Source: Lepidodermella squamata
Taxonomy: Eukaryota; Animalia; Gastrotricha
Assembly: GCA_047495785.1 (NCBI GenBank)
Contig: JBLDXI010000021.1
Span: forward strand, 868,001-932,000
DNA: 64,000 bases
Direction of reading: 5' to 3'
Shown here: positions 22,195 to 36,111 of the stretch, in pieces
Layout of the letters: every line of letters starts with the position of its first letter
How positions within the stretch are numbered: the first letter of the stretch is position 1
Translations under genes and position numbers: made by a program
Notes under the pieces: generated by a model
What the model saw: only the letters and a program-made list of their open reading frames with translations
What the model was told of the DNA's origin: nothing
Databases searched by the model: none

Positions 22195-22640
22195 TTTAAT
22201 TCGTTGTCATATTCATCTCAGGTGTAAAAAAATATTCGGAATTAAGTATATGCAAACGAGCTTTATGGTGTATTTTGTTTCAGTGAGATACGATGGATGA
22301 AAACAAATAAAAATTGTCAACCGCTGTCAAACATAATATCATGTATTTTTTCATCAGTCGCATTTGTATCATCATCCCACTGTCAAAATCGAAAATGACA
22401 ATTTTCCACTGCTGAAAATCACGCCAATATATTGGCGGCGAAATGGCGCTCTGTATACGCCTCGCGGCTCCGAAGCGCTGTTGACATAAACTATACGGAA
22501 GGGAGGCAAGGCTTTGGTAAATAGTAGGAATTGGCCGATGGCAAATTATTAACTAGACTCATCGCAGCGCCGGCGCATATTAGGATCGCAGCGTATAAAT
22601 CATCACTTCTGCTGTGTGTAGCCCAGTCGTTTTAATCGAA

Positions 22641-23889
22641 ATGACGGCGCCAACAAGTCGCGCGACCATCGATGACAGCCGACGCGCCAACATTTACAGC
22701 TCGCATTACTGTCTAATGATTCTCACCTTGATGACCGGTCTTATCGGCCATTTTTTCGCCATCTCCTCAGCCCAAACCACACACTCGTCCATCGTCTCAA
22801 CTTATCAAGAGCAGCTATTAGTCCTCGTTATAGCGCGGGTAAAGTACCTATTTTTGTCACTTAATTCAAATTTTTATATTTATATTTTAATTAAGCTTGA
22901 TATCGCGAAGCTTTACTACGATAATCTAGACAAAGTTTCTAAGCTTCAGGTCGATGATGTGGTACTTAATGGCGCGATAGAGCTCTCTCTGCACGAAAGT
23001 ATAGCCGAGGAAGAGCTGAGTTCAAAGGCTGATGAGTTGATGCTGCGTCTGCCATTTTTCGCCACATCAACACCCACAACTACAGTCAAGCCGATGACAA
23101 CTTCTCAAGTCAGCGAGCTTTTCCATTATCAAAATTTGTTAAAAGCTGCTGTTATTGATTACGTAAGTTTAAGTTTAAATATACTATTTGACTAATTTAG
23201 GACAAGTAACGGTCAAGAATTTTTATAGCGAGGGTATATCTAGGATGTTCTTGAAAATCTATATTCCAATCCCCACAAAATCTCCCTATTGTTGTTAATA
23301 CCTATGTTTGTTTAGCTCAGAAACAACACCATTGAGTACAGCTATCTTGGCCCTGACTCGAGAGCCATTATCGATGGTTTCATCGACAACAGCGCACTTC
23401 ACCTGGCCGAAATGCCGCAGGTCTCACAAGCTGATATTGACTTGCAATTGCGGTACATTAAGGAAAGGCTCAATAGCAGTGGCCAGGGTTATCTTTCGAC
23501 CGGTACGCCGGCAAATCCAACACCGGTAGCAATCGTAGAGGCTTCTACTTCGACAACAACTCGAAAGCCGATTTTGAGCTCTATTGCCGCGGCGGAGGGA
23601 AATTCTTCAACTGCCAGCCCAACAACGACGCGCTTCGTGACAACGAAAATTAACAACACACATTCAGCTACAACGTGGTCAGTTCTATCCACGGTGAGCG
23701 TGCTTAATGCAACAAATACAACCAGTTCAGGTAAATACTTCTTGGTTTTTTTTCTCATATGTATGGCAACCTCCATTTTTTGTAGGAGTCGTTGTTGTGC
23801 GAACGGCTGCTTATTTGATTGCTCTAATCTTTCCACTTCTCTTTCCAATTTTCGTGCATTTACTCGTGCCGCTCTGCATTTTCGACTAG
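22641..23889 (+). CDS. Repeat-domain family gene C: signal region, 2 repeats, Thr/Ser-rich stalk, GPI-like tail (exons 22641-22838, 22896-23162, 23316-23730, 23786-23889)
   Basis: In-frame splicing; same intron positions relative to the repeat and tail as in genes A and B. Confidence 0.8.
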
Positions 23890-24780
23890 TGTTGGAAAAT
23901 CAATTAGCATAAAATTGAGACGGTTATTTTGAAAAAATGAAACGAAATTACGCGTTTGAAACCGAAGAGCGTATTTTTATATATTTCGCAATTTGAAATT
24001 TTGTTTGCTGAACTTGGGCTGAGTCAAGTGTCATCGCACAGGTTCGTGTAGTCGAACTTTCGCTGCAATGAATGAACCGATCAACAGAAGGTATCGTAAG
24101 ATGTCGACTATTCTACTCACTGGCGTGGGATCATAACCTACAACAAGATCTTATTTCAGCTTGATAAGTACATCGATTTCAGCCAAGCGCGTTACCGATA
24201 GCTGTTCTCTAATCATTTCAAACGGGAATAGCTGGATTGTCGCAGATAATATGGACATGATTGAATAAGATGCCGCCGGTGTCACCGTAATTTGTTAAAT
24301 GTGCAGTTTTATTTTTGTTTTTCGCTTTTTCATGTTAGCAAACAGATATGCATATAAAACACAGATGTCTATTCCATACAGATGATTCAAGGCCGATGGA
24401 CAAGAATGATGATACTCAAGCACAGGGCTGAAAAATTGATGCTGTTCATGTCAGCGATCCCCGATAAGGATATTGACAAGTCAAATATCATCGATAATTT
24501 TGATGAAACTTTTTCGCAGTCGCAAATGAGGCGAATGTAACGCTAGCGACAGCATAACTTGGCGGAAGCTACTCGACACTCCCTCATTTCGTAAACAGCT
24601 AAAGACATATATTATAACACGAACACCTGAGATCGTGAAACTCAGGCTAAAATTTCCTTGATATAACAGTTGAACGAAAATTGAAGACAATGGGAATTTA
24701 CATAGAAAACAACAAAAATAGTAAATAAAGACAGCGCAATGATGCAAAATATGAGAAGAGTCACTTTAGCAAGGCATCAT

Positions 24781-25308
<528 letters not shown>

Positions 25309-26053
25309 TCAGACTTGAACGCCAGACGGGTGTTTTCGAAAATATTGTTGGGAACAGAAAACTTTGTGATTCAGATACAACAAACATGAATCAATGTGAA
25401 CTGTTACCGTCAACTCGAGACTCGAACTCATGGGTGCGTTTGCTTTTGACTGTGTGCCAAAAGTGGGAACAAAAAGACAAAGACCATTTTGAAAATTTAC
25501 ACGTCTTGGAATGTCACTGATAAAATAATTTGTTTCATGTAACAAATTAAGTTTTAATTGAAAATCTATATGAAACGATTCAAAAAAGTTTCTTGAATTG
25601 CTTGCTAAAATAAAGGCAGTAGTTTGTTTTCCATCATCAGGCCTTTTTCAGTCTTTGTTTAGACCTTCCAGCACCTTCCTTGCCGCACAAGCACGCTAAA
25701 TACTTTAGTGCTGGTTACTGCATCTGGCATTTTATTGCGACTCATGTGATCCTTACTTAACGTGTTAACAATTTCCGTGACCGAATTATTCTCCGAGCCC
25801 CCTCAACCCTGAAGCCCCTTCCTGGTCCCTGCGCCCCTACCTAGCAACGAAAAGGAAGCTCGTTTCTCTATGATTTTTGTGTATTGTATATCATGAATGA
25901 ATTACGTTTTTGTTGTTATTCTCAGTTCTCAGTCCCAGCTTTTACACAACTCTATGGAGTTGGAGCTTCCGTTTATTGTCTACTGTCTATTGACTTCTCA
26001 TTGAATAGACACATTTATTATTAAATTTCCAATCTCTTTATTATTGGCACAAA

Positions 26054-26301
26054 ATGACGCGCGGGAACGCCCGCGATTTGGCCCGCGAAAAGGCCGCGAA
26101 GGCCCAAAAGGGCAAGGCGAAAAATGCTGCCGAACATGAGGGCAATGCTGGACTAACACACGAACAGCGGAGGTGAGTACTTGCACATTTCTGCTATGAT
26201 GTCACTTCAAGACTGTTTCTCCCTGCGTTATCAGACTGCGCGATGCTGAAATTATGCGGCAAAAGCAATTGAAAAAGCAACAGGAGGCCGGCCAAGCTTA
26301 G
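26054..26301 (+). CDS. SERF: Small EDRK-rich factor (4F5/SERF), absent from the ORF track (exons 26054-26172, 26235-26301)
   Basis: MTRGNARDLAREKAAK...GLTHEQRRLRDAEIMRQKQ. Confidence 0.93.
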
Positions 26302-26839
26302 TCAAAGTTGGAAATAGCCGTCAAATTTGGCGATTTCATGCAATATGCCGAATACTTTTCCAACTATTATATTCTGAATTCTGATCAGCTACTTCTTGGT
26401 TTTTCGTGGAATTTATATTTGCCTTATGATCATTTGCACTTTGTACTGACACAAAACGATACATTTTAGCGTATATTACTCAGTACTGTGTACCTTTGCT
26501 GGTTGCGGCCGTTGGCGGGTTTTTCCTGCTTGATGAGTGATATAAATGTGGAGTACGAAAATCTAGACTTGTGAAGCTCATAGGACAAACGGTTGCTATT
26601 TGTGTTGAACGACCATCTTTTGCGCGTCACATGATATGAATTCATTTCCGTCACGCCAGCCATATTAATTCATTCTCAAGTATGCTGCAAGTATACCTTA
26701 GGAAACAAGCTACTGTATTCTGTACAAAACAAAAAATACTTGGAAAAATAAAAAAATTCGTTATTGCGAGTTACCGTCTTTTATATAAATTATGTTTCGT
26801 TTATTATAACCAACATGTAGATAAAATTATTTATGCAAA

Positions 26840-27393
26840 ATGGCATTAGTTGTATTGGACGACGAAATCGAAACTTCCGAGGTTCCGAAAACGAAAACGA
26901 GTTCAACCTCATACTCTAAGATCGTGCGCGGAATCCCGAAATCGGGTCGAATTTGGAAGAATTGTGACCGCAAACGGTAATATAACGATCTCTTGGTGAG
27001 AGCATACATAACAACTATTATTTGTTTCATTTAAGAAATTCCGCGAACGTTAACATGCCGGCTTTAAGATCTACTTGGGAGGAAAAGCAACAACAGAGGA
27101 AGGAAAGAGAGCTTCAAAAGTTGCAAGAGAAAGAACTGATCGAGGAGAAATTAAACGCTAAGAAAACTAAACAGAAAGAAATGGCAGAATCTCGCAAGAG
27201 AAAGTTGGAAATGGAGCGACGTGGAGAAGTGCTTGAGCCGGTAAGCTATTTGCCCAACTGACTAGGAACGATTTGTAAAACTTATTTGATGTAGATCACG
27301 GATACTCGCAAGCTCAAGAAGCTCAGCCGGAAGCAGTGGCAACAGATTAGGAAGGGCGATACTGCAATTGTGGGCCGAGTTGTTAAAGGCTGA
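26840..27393 (+). CDS. CCDC86: CCDC86/Cgr1-family ribosome biogenesis protein (3 exons)
   Basis: GIPKSGRIWK, LRSTWEEK, coiled coil, ITDTRKLKKLSRKQWQQI. Confidence 0.88.
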
Positions 27394-27840
27394 AATTTTT
27401 GTATAAATTTACCATTGTTTCGAGCTTTCGCCTATTAAAGTGAAAAGAAGCTAAATTCTGGCATGACACATTTTTATATATTCAATCTCGTCTAGGCTGC
27501 ATCGCTTATTTCTTCGTTACTTATAGGAACTTAATACACAAGATACGATAGGAAATCGATATTTTATTACCCACGTGTGGCATAATCAAATCGCCAGATT
27601 GCGAAATAATAATGACATAGCCCTACAACAGCGCTATTATCAAGACCGCTCCTACTACTACTACGGCCCGAACCAGCAGGATATAACGCAGATTTCGCCG
27701 CGGACTATTCATCTGGAAGTGATTCATTCATCTCGAGGCTGCTGCATATTGTAACAGCTCGCTGCATATCCAAGTGAGCAGACGCGCTATTTTTTATTCC
27801 TCATTTATTTTAACATCTACTCTCTTTACAGCTTGTGAAA

Positions 27841-30800
27841 ATGTTAATCAAAGAATATAGAATATGTATGCCAATGCCTGTGGAGGAATATCGAATTGGC
27901 CAGCTGTATATGATTATGGTTTGTCATTTAATTACCTAAAATTTTTAAGGTTGCTTATTAACTTCGATTTTATAGAAAAAGAGTCGCGAAGAGAGCGAGG
28001 GTGTCGATTCCGGCGTCGAAATTATAAAAAATGAGCCTTACACCGACGGTCCTGGAGGAAAAGGTGGACAATATACCGTTAAAATCTATCACGTCGGCAA
28101 GCATTTGCCATCATGGCTTCGATCGTTATTTCCGAAATCAGCGTTATCTGTTTACGAGGAGGCTTGGAATGCTTACCCTTACACAATGACGAAATTTCGA
28201 ACTCCATTTATGGAAAAATTTCAACTCGACATCGAGTCGCGATACCTAGATGACGCTGGCGACTCAGATAACGTTTTTAATTTGAAGCCCGAGGAATTGA
28301 GACAGCGGGAAGTTGGTAAGGAAAATTAATTTTCGAAAAATCGATTCTAGTTTAATTATTGTGCTTAATTTCAGTTTACATCGATATTGTCACCGATCAT
28401 GTTTCCGATGGCCATTCTTCGGAAGACCCTAGAACTTATGTCTCTACCAAAACTGGCCGAGGTCCGCTAGATGAAAATTGGAAGGCGGAATATTACGCAG
28501 AGCAACGGGCCGATTGCGCGAAAAGCCCCACAGGCGTAGCAGGGCGGGATTACAACCGGAAACGTATCATGTGTGCTTACAAATTGTGCCGAGTCGAATT
28601 TCGATACTGGGGAATGCAGTCCAGAGTGGAAAATTTTGTCAGCGAATACGGTAATTTTGGGTTAATGACCAAGCTTAAAATGATTAGGAATAGAAGCAGG
28701 AACATAAATATTTCAAGATGGAATGTAGAGCCTCCAATGAGGCTTCAATTTTGAGTTTGGAAATTTATTTGGTAGCTTAGAACCACCTGGTATATTAACT
28801 GTGTTTGAGATTTGATCGAGAAAATGAATAGCTCACTTAATTTTCACCTTATACTAATATGTTTTATTTTCTTTCAGCTCTACGGAAAACTTTAGTTCGA
28901 GCTCATCGTCAAGCTTGGTGCTGGCAAGACGAGTATATCGACCTGAGCATAGAGTATGAGTGCTATTTTCCGGTTTTCAGAATTTTCTCAGTAAATTATA
29001 TTTTTCACAGAGACATCAGAAAATTGGAGAGTGAAGTTCAAGAGATCCTAGCGGCTAAAATGAAGCGCTCGTCGGAAGAAAGGAGCTTAGAAAACAGTGC
29101 TGAGACGTCACCGAAGAAGGGCAAGAAATCGCGTCAGGGTAGTCGAGACACGTTAACCGAGTCAGAATCAGTCATGGCCATTTCATCGACAGTTGAGAAT
29201 TCTAGTTCAGCGCCGTCTTCTACCAGCAATCTAGCCGCAAGGCCTGCTCAAATTTGCCGCGACTGGTCGGTAGACGACGAATTTTTCGATGCCGAGGAAG
29301 AACTTTCTCCGTGCCTCGATGATCCACTACCTCTTTCGATTTCCACCCATCAGCCGAATGATAACAGCGATTTGAGCGACAATCCTATTCTTTTTATTCT
29401 ACTTCTTGCTGAAAACGATGAAAGTACCATGTCTTTCAACGCGATATCACATTCGTCGACTGAAGCAGCTTTTGCTTCATTCACATCCACCTTGACGGCA
29501 ACGGCGAACCGATTCGCTGTCGATGACGAGCTCGCGAGGCGGGCGGTTTTCAAAAAGTTCAATTGCCCTAATGTCGCCAAAGATGTTGCCAACACGCTAT
29601 CGCCTTTGAATCCTAGCCAGAATAGCCAAGATCAGATGTCGACGGTTCTTACTGCCTCGAGTTTACTCTTAGTTTCTTCAGATTTAGCGGCAAAACCGCT
29701 GGAAAACAGCGTCAATTTGTTGACTATTTTCCTGCAAAAATCAGTCGATGAATGCCGAGCTTCGTTTTCAGATGCCTTGAAAAACAGGCCGGTTGACGTT
29801 TATTTTCTCGCCGATGGCCACAGCTCAATAGTTTTATACGAAGCTTTGATAAGATGGCCGCAAAATTTCAGTCGAGATGGCGGGGCTAGTACGAGTTTTG
29901 GTCATAGAAAGCGATCCTCATCTAATCCGGACGAATTCAAGCGGCGAAGCTTTAATCGACATTCGTTCCAGAGTCACTATTCAATTCCGAAAGGAGCTAC
30001 CTCCTCAGTCCCTGTTGCTAGCTCCAAAAACTGCGATTCGTCCTCACAGCAGTTTGACGCATTGGAAAATATTGCTGAAAATAATTTTGTGGTGAAAACG
30101 TGTTTTTTCGTCGGTAGTCCCTTGGGCCTTGTCCTTGCCCATCGCATGTACTGTTGTGTTCCGGAAATCTTTCCGCCGAATTGTTGCCAGGTGTACAATG
30201 TGTTTTACGAAAGCGACCCGTTAGCGAGTCGCCTCGAGCCGTTGCTCCTATCGCAGTTGGGCAAAGCTGCGCCTGTCGAGTTGCCTCGCTTGCAATCCTG
30301 GAGCTGGTCTCATCAAAACTATTCAATGAAATGCCTGCTTAAAGTTTTAGACCCTCGCGAATCTGCTGCTACGTTGAATGTTCCAGAATCTGAGATGGAC
30401 AGTGAGCTGAGTGGATTTTGGGGCACGAAACGCATTGATTATCTGCTGAACTCATCCTACGCTGAAATGTCTAGTCGCGTGGGGATTTTCCGCGACACTC
30501 CCCACGGCACATTGATTCAGTTGTTGCAAGCCTCTTATTGGGAGAACAAGGATTTGGCCGCTTTTGTTCTGCAAGAAGTGTTTGGCGAGAGTAATACCGG
30601 CGACTTTCCCAGCCCGAAATCAAACATAGGCCGGTCGGAGTCGATGGCAGATCGGTCTGACGGGTCGCCTCGTCGAGGCATTTATGAAAAGTGGCTGAAA
30701 CCTCACCGGTTGTTCAAAATCAAGCGGTTGGTGCCAAACCATCACGCATCTGACGTTCTGGTTATGAGTTCTCCCGTTGGACCAGTCACGATTCGAGGTC

Positions 30801-31934
30801 GAATGGTGTACGGGGCTATGGACATTTTAGACCTCAACGGCGAGAGAGTCGATTGCCACATCGAGACAACGATTTCAAATTTGTCGAAAGAACGAGTTTG
30901 GCAATACATGGGGACCCATTTGACCGACGAACACGGCCGAGTTGCCTTCACGCTATCAGCCGAAACCTTCGAGAGCCAACCCGCCCTGCTAGCTCCCGGT
31001 TTCCACCGGGTTCTACTTGTTGTCCGAGGAGACCACTCGATCGCCTCTCTGACCCTGGCTGTTTTGCCGCCCGGATCTCGAGTCGCCCTGTTCAGCATTG
31101 ACGGTTCGTTTTCAGCCAGTTTATCGCTTTCCGGTGCAAATCCTCGACTGCACCCGGGTTGTGTTGAAGTCGTCCGGCATTGGGCGCAAGCTGGTTACGT
31201 TATTTTCTACGTCTCATCAAGACCTGAAATGCAGCAAAATCAAGTCGTTGGATGGCTAGCAAGTGAGTAATTGTTGTTTTGAATTAAATCTTGGTAATAA
31301 TTTATGAATTTAAAGAGCACAATTTTCCCGTTGGGCTCATGGCTTTCCCGTCCTCTGGAATATCGGAACCTTTCCGAGCGAAGGCGGCATTTATTCGTCA
31401 CATTGTTTCCGACAATAAACTGGATATAGCTGCTGCTTATGGATCGTCGAAAGATGTCGCAATTTACACTACTGTAAGACAGTTTTTTCGTCCACCTTAA
31501 GATTTTATTATCGTGGTTTTTTTCAGGCTGGAATCGAACCGCGGCGAATTTTTATCGTTGGCCGACCGAAACGGGTGAACCACCACGGTGTTCAAGAAAA
31601 TTACGCTGTGAATTGGCTGTCTGATGGCTACGGTGAGCACCTGCGTTGGCTAATTGCATCAGGCTACGCTTCATTTGCGCCTATCCAACAATGGTCACTA
31701 CTCCGCCAGTGGTGGACCTGCATCGCGCCGGAATTTTCGCTGAATTCGCCTCAGAATAACAACGATAATGGCGCGTCGAATAACAACAGCATTTTAGTGA
31801 TGCCGCCTCCTTTGCCGAATCCGCGACTCGTTATCACCGCTGGTCAGTACAAATTCATCAGCATAGCGAAAGACCCGGCCACAGGCCACACCCAGATCAG
31901 CAATTTGGTCGACTCTCCTATTGAAAATAACTGA
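27841..31934 (+). CDS. PITPNM: Membrane-associated phosphatidylinositol transfer protein (rdgB/PITPNM: PITP, FFAT, DDHD, LNS2)
   Basis: MLIKEYRI.MP..VEEYRIGQLYMI, EEAWNAYPY, DDEFFDAEE (FFAT), GSPLGLVL, DPLASRLEPLL, FSIDGSF.AS. Confidence 0.95.
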
Positions 31935-32356
31935 TAATGTGCCGCCCAGATTTATAATACAATCATTATTGTACTTCACAACACTGTTGTGTACACCTAC
32001 TGATGTTAGTGATCCAGGCTATAATACGACCCGCTGTTGAGAATATTATTTTTAACGTCCTGTCTATTATTTTTGCGAAGTCAGTCAATTTATAGTGAAA
32101 TGAACGGTGTTTCCAACCTGTTATTCGTGTTTTAAATAATACTGAATTAACGTTGTTTGATCTTCAAATTTCTGCAACTAAAGAGAATGCTAAACTATAT
32201 TTTACTCTTTCGATCGTGATTTTATATATCGGTAACTTGCTTCATTCTTGTCTCTCCGATATTTTTCTAATGTTGTAATGATGGGAAGAAAAAGAAATAA
32301 ACATGCAAATTTCGATTTTTATTTTACAACGCCTTTGTTTAGCTGCGTATGTATAT

Positions 32357-33632
32357 TCAAGTGAAAATGAGCTTTTTGTCGCCGTCACCGAATCGCGACT
32401 TGTTCTCCTCGAAAAGTTTGTGTAGCGCCTCCAGGTATTCGGCATGACACAGGTCCACCATTTCAGCCTCATTTTCACAACGCTTCGCTAGCTCAGCCTT
32501 GTCAAACTTCACGGGAGCGCCGACTGAAATAGAAATCAGGAAATGATCCTCCTAAATTGATTGTTGTTCAAAATTAACATACCGACATGGTTGATAGGAT
32601 GGCCAAAAGGAATGATTGACAAAAATCGACCGTATACATAAGGCAACCTAACTCGCCACATTTTCTCCAGACCGTATTTCAACCAATACCTCATTGAGCC
32701 TTCCTTCACTTCGCCTACGATGAATTGTCGATGCTCGCCGAACTGGAATATTGGAACAACAGCGGCTCTGCGAAGAAAAAATGCATGATGTAAATTGGCC
32801 AAGCGCCAAATAAATTAAATTTACCCAGTTTTCAGGGCAAGGCGGATAAACCCCTTGCGATTTAAGATATGCAAATGATAGTCATTTTCATTAGTCAAAA
32901 ACATCTCAGCGATCCCGCCAACAACCAAATAAACCGAATGGCCCGGTCCGAGCTTCAATTTGTACTCGATACTTTTGGCTTTCACGGATCCACCGCCTTA
33001 AAATTTGATCGAGATTCAATTTGTTTTACTTCAAGCTGAAATGATCAAACGTACCAAAGCTTAGCAGCCACTCTCGAAGAAACGGCCATTTGAAAAAGGT
33101 ATCAAGCGTCAATACATGGCGTTTAATACCGGGAAATAATTTGCCAAAATCAGCGCCTTCTGTTGCGATCGAACAAATGTAACCATGCCCGAAATGGCCA
33201 TGCTAAAAAAACAAATGCCTAGGGAATAATTAGGCATTGATTGCAACTGTCTTACCGGGTGTGCGGCAAATATGTAATTTTGGCTGGCGTCCAAGTCTGT
33301 GGTTTTGTAAAGCCTCACTGGGAAATAATCAGCCATCAGCTTCCAAATATGCATATGGCGGATGAAAGGCCATAGTCGGCCGCCTTAAAATAAAAGGGAA
33401 ATATCAGCACGAAACAAATTATTAAGACCTTACCTCTCGTTGATGTTTGCAGGTAAACTTCATCGTACAAATACCAGATCAGATACGCCAGTGAAATGAA
33501 ATAAAATCGAGTGAAAAGCAGCGAAAACAAGGTGATTGCGATGGTCAATGCAGTGCCGAAGACGATGATATGAACCGAAATCGCGAATAGCTGCTGGACC
33601 TTCAGCAGCGTTTTATCGAATTGGAAGCCCAT
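32357..33632 (-). CDS. DGAT2/MOGAT-family acyltransferase (multi-exon)
   Basis: DYFPVRLYKT, NYIFAAHP|HG, VGG..E, RKGFIRLALK, PIFQFGE, VG|APV. Confidence 0.92.
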
Positions 33633-34201
33633 GAAATCGTCGCAAAAAATTGAAACGATCTAGAGATAACAACGAAGAAATTCGGGTCCCATCAACGTTA
33701 TTTAAAAACGTTCAAATGAGTGCACCAATGACCAGGCAAAGCAGGAGCGCGAAGCTACAGCAAAAAATTGCTCGTCACTCAGCGCACGCGATTCCAAATT
33801 TAATTCTGAGGGCGTGGTATGCACACGATGGTTCTTCTTATCGGACGATTGGGGGCGAAATCCAAGTAGCTATCAGCCAGAAATGATAAAAAGTTTCGGA
33901 TGATGCGCTGGGTGTTCTGTTATGTAAAGCTATATAATTGTTTGTTTATGATGAGCCACGTAGGTGAGATGAGCACACAGCACACTGTTATAAAATTAAC
34001 GGCTTATGAGTCGCAAATGTTGCGCCACGTGACGATTTTCAGTTTTTCGCAACAATGACATGAACAAGATACAATATATTGCTTTCAGCTGCTGTTCGTC
34101 GGTCGAGGTTAGTAGTAATTTCATGCGAATGAGTGGTGCCGGTTGCTCAAGCGAAAACCTTACACGCTTGTTTCTTGTCGACAGTGAAGCACGCAGTCTG
34201 G

Positions 34202-34289
34202 TGAACTTGGGCTGAAAACTATAACCTTCTCAAATGAAAAACGCTGCATCAAAGTAGTCTAGACTGAAGTTTTAGGCCCACGAAGTTCA
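34202..34289. repeat. Degenerate inverted repeat (MITE-like relic)
   Basis: TGAACTT-GGGCTGAAAACT ... AGTTTTAGGCCC-ACG-AAGTTCA; TGAACTTGGGCTGA also occurs near 24009. Confidence 0.4.
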
Positions 34290-34778
34290 GCTTACTTTGT
34301 AATGATGGATTATTTTGGATGAAACTATGTTTTTTGAAGGTTAAATAATTCTAAAATTAAAACCCAAGGTGAGCAAGGTGATTCATGATTTTTCTGCGTA
34401 TCATGAGCATTTTTTATCCACCTGATTTTGGCAGTTAAGACATGATAAGGATTCTCAGCGGATGATATTTTACGAGATAGAAAAATGTAGTGAGTGCTAG
34501 CCAGCTTCAATTACAGAATCTATTGTAGGAACCAAAATTGCCAGTTGCGCAACCAAATTCAAGAGTTGGCACCAAACGCAAAATATTAAACAGTGCTATT
34601 ATTGAATATTTTGCCTGTGGAGGAACCAAATGTTGCGGAACCTAATTTAGACAAGAAAATTGTGGCTTTTCGAATATTTCCACGAAATTAAGGCTATGTA
34701 TGAATTCTATAGGGAAGAATGCGTCTTATACAGAACTTCAATTTAAAGAATAATTTAAATTTTTTAAATTTTAAGATA

Positions 34779-34894
34779 CCGTATTTCTCGAAAATATACA
34801 CCGGGGTATATTTGTGATTGAACCAACAATTTTATAGGGTTTTAATCGGGGTGGGGGATATTTTCGAGGTGCGCTTTATTTTCGAGAAATACGG
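34779..34894. mobile_element. Tc1/mariner-pogo (Tc2-like) MITE, 116 bp, TA target duplication
   Basis: TA|CCGTATTTCTCGAAAATA ... TATTTTCGAGAAATACGG|TA, perfect 18-bp TIR. Confidence 0.9.
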
Positions 34895-35136
34895 TAATTA
34901 ATTTCAAATTATGCCGATTAATCATGAAATCATTAAAAGCTTCGAAAATCGGTTTTAGGCCCATTGAAATTCGAAAATTTGGTTCCGCTAAAAGTAAGAC
35001 CCATTTTTAATAATGATCACGCCGTGTCATTGCGATTCATACGTTATCGCAACGATCAAGTGATCAAGTGATCAAATGATCAAAAATAGCACCACGAGAT
35101 AGAGTATTTATACTGAAATCACGGAAATTTTTGTTA

Positions 35137-35571
35137 GAGTGACTCTGCTCGTACATATATATGTACGCGATTTTGGCTGCTCGTACATATATTCAAATGG
35201 AAACTTAGAATTTCAGGCAATTACTCAATTTCAATCCTGGCAAGTTTATTTATTGAGGGCAAATGCCTCTAACAGCGAGGGTTCCACACACCTGCAATTT
35301 TTTACCCGTCCATCGGTTACGGTTCCTGACATTACCGACTTCGGGTAATTTTAGGTTTCAGGTTGGCTAATAATGGGTATTCACCCTGTGCATGCCAAAC
35401 TTGCAGGGGAGGTTGGTCACGCCTCGGTGCACATATGGTTAAAATTTGGAACATTTGCGATCAAAATTGATTAATCCATATAATTACAAAGTTCAGCAGA
35501 AATATTTTTAAAATATATGTACGAGCAGCAAAAATCGCGTACATAATATATATGTACGAGCAGTCATTCCG
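35137..35571. mobile_element. Mutator/MULE-like non-autonomous element with ~55-bp TIRs and 9-bp TSD
   Basis: CTGCTCGTACATATAT...CGCGATTTT..CTGCTCGTACATATATT is mirrored at the right end; TTTTTGTTA at 35128-35136 and 35572-35580. Confidence 0.8.
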
Positions 35572-35637
35572 TTTTTGTTATCGCCTATTTCAATTTTTCG
35601 ATTGAATTGATCGTGAAATTCTAGAATATTTGGTAAG

Positions 35638-35922
35638 CAGGGGCGTAACCAGCTGGTTGTTTTGATTGTTCAAACAACTACCAAAATGAAAAATCGAAAA
35701 CCCCTCGTCGATTTATTATCTCAGAAAATGGCTTAAATTGCTTTTAACGTGGAGGAAATAATCGCAAAATTTTCAAAAATTTTCTCGCTTAGCTCGAAAT
35801 CCCGATAATTTAAATATTTCCAAATTTCGGCACTCGCCGACCTTGGATTATCCAGAGAAAAATACAAATGTCTCTCTCAGATCCTTAACAACTACCGCAA
35901 CATTTTCCTGGTTACGCCCCTG
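35638..35922. mobile_element. hAT-type MITE, 285 bp, 8-bp TSD
   Basis: TTGGTAAG|CAGGGGCGTAACCAG ... CTGGTTACGCCCCTG|TTGGTAAG. Confidence 0.92.
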
Positions 35923-35970
35923 TTGGTAAGCACATGTTTTGGCGAAATAACTACTCAAAATTTGGCTCCG

Positions 35971-36111
35971 CACTCTAAGCAAAATAATCGCTGTTAACGC
36001 GTTAAAGTCGACCTTAACGGGTTATCAAGCGTTAAATCGATTGTCTCTAACGCTTATTAACGCGTTAAGGTGGACTTTAACGCGTTAACAGCCGTTATTT
36101 TGCTTAGAGTG
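35971..36111. mobile_element. Foldback palindromic MITE with CAC...GTG ends and 2-bp TSD (CMC/CACTA-like)
   Basis: ~64-bp arms CACTCTAAGCAAAATAA.../...TTATTTTGCTTAGAGTG, CG duplicated; empty-site copy at 34974-34994. Confidence 0.85.

Noticed and set aside
22839-22895. Apparent protein insertions in ORF-track products (also 25045-25095 and 51830-51889)
   Set aside because: These are stop-free introns of 3n length with canonical splice sites, not real insertions.
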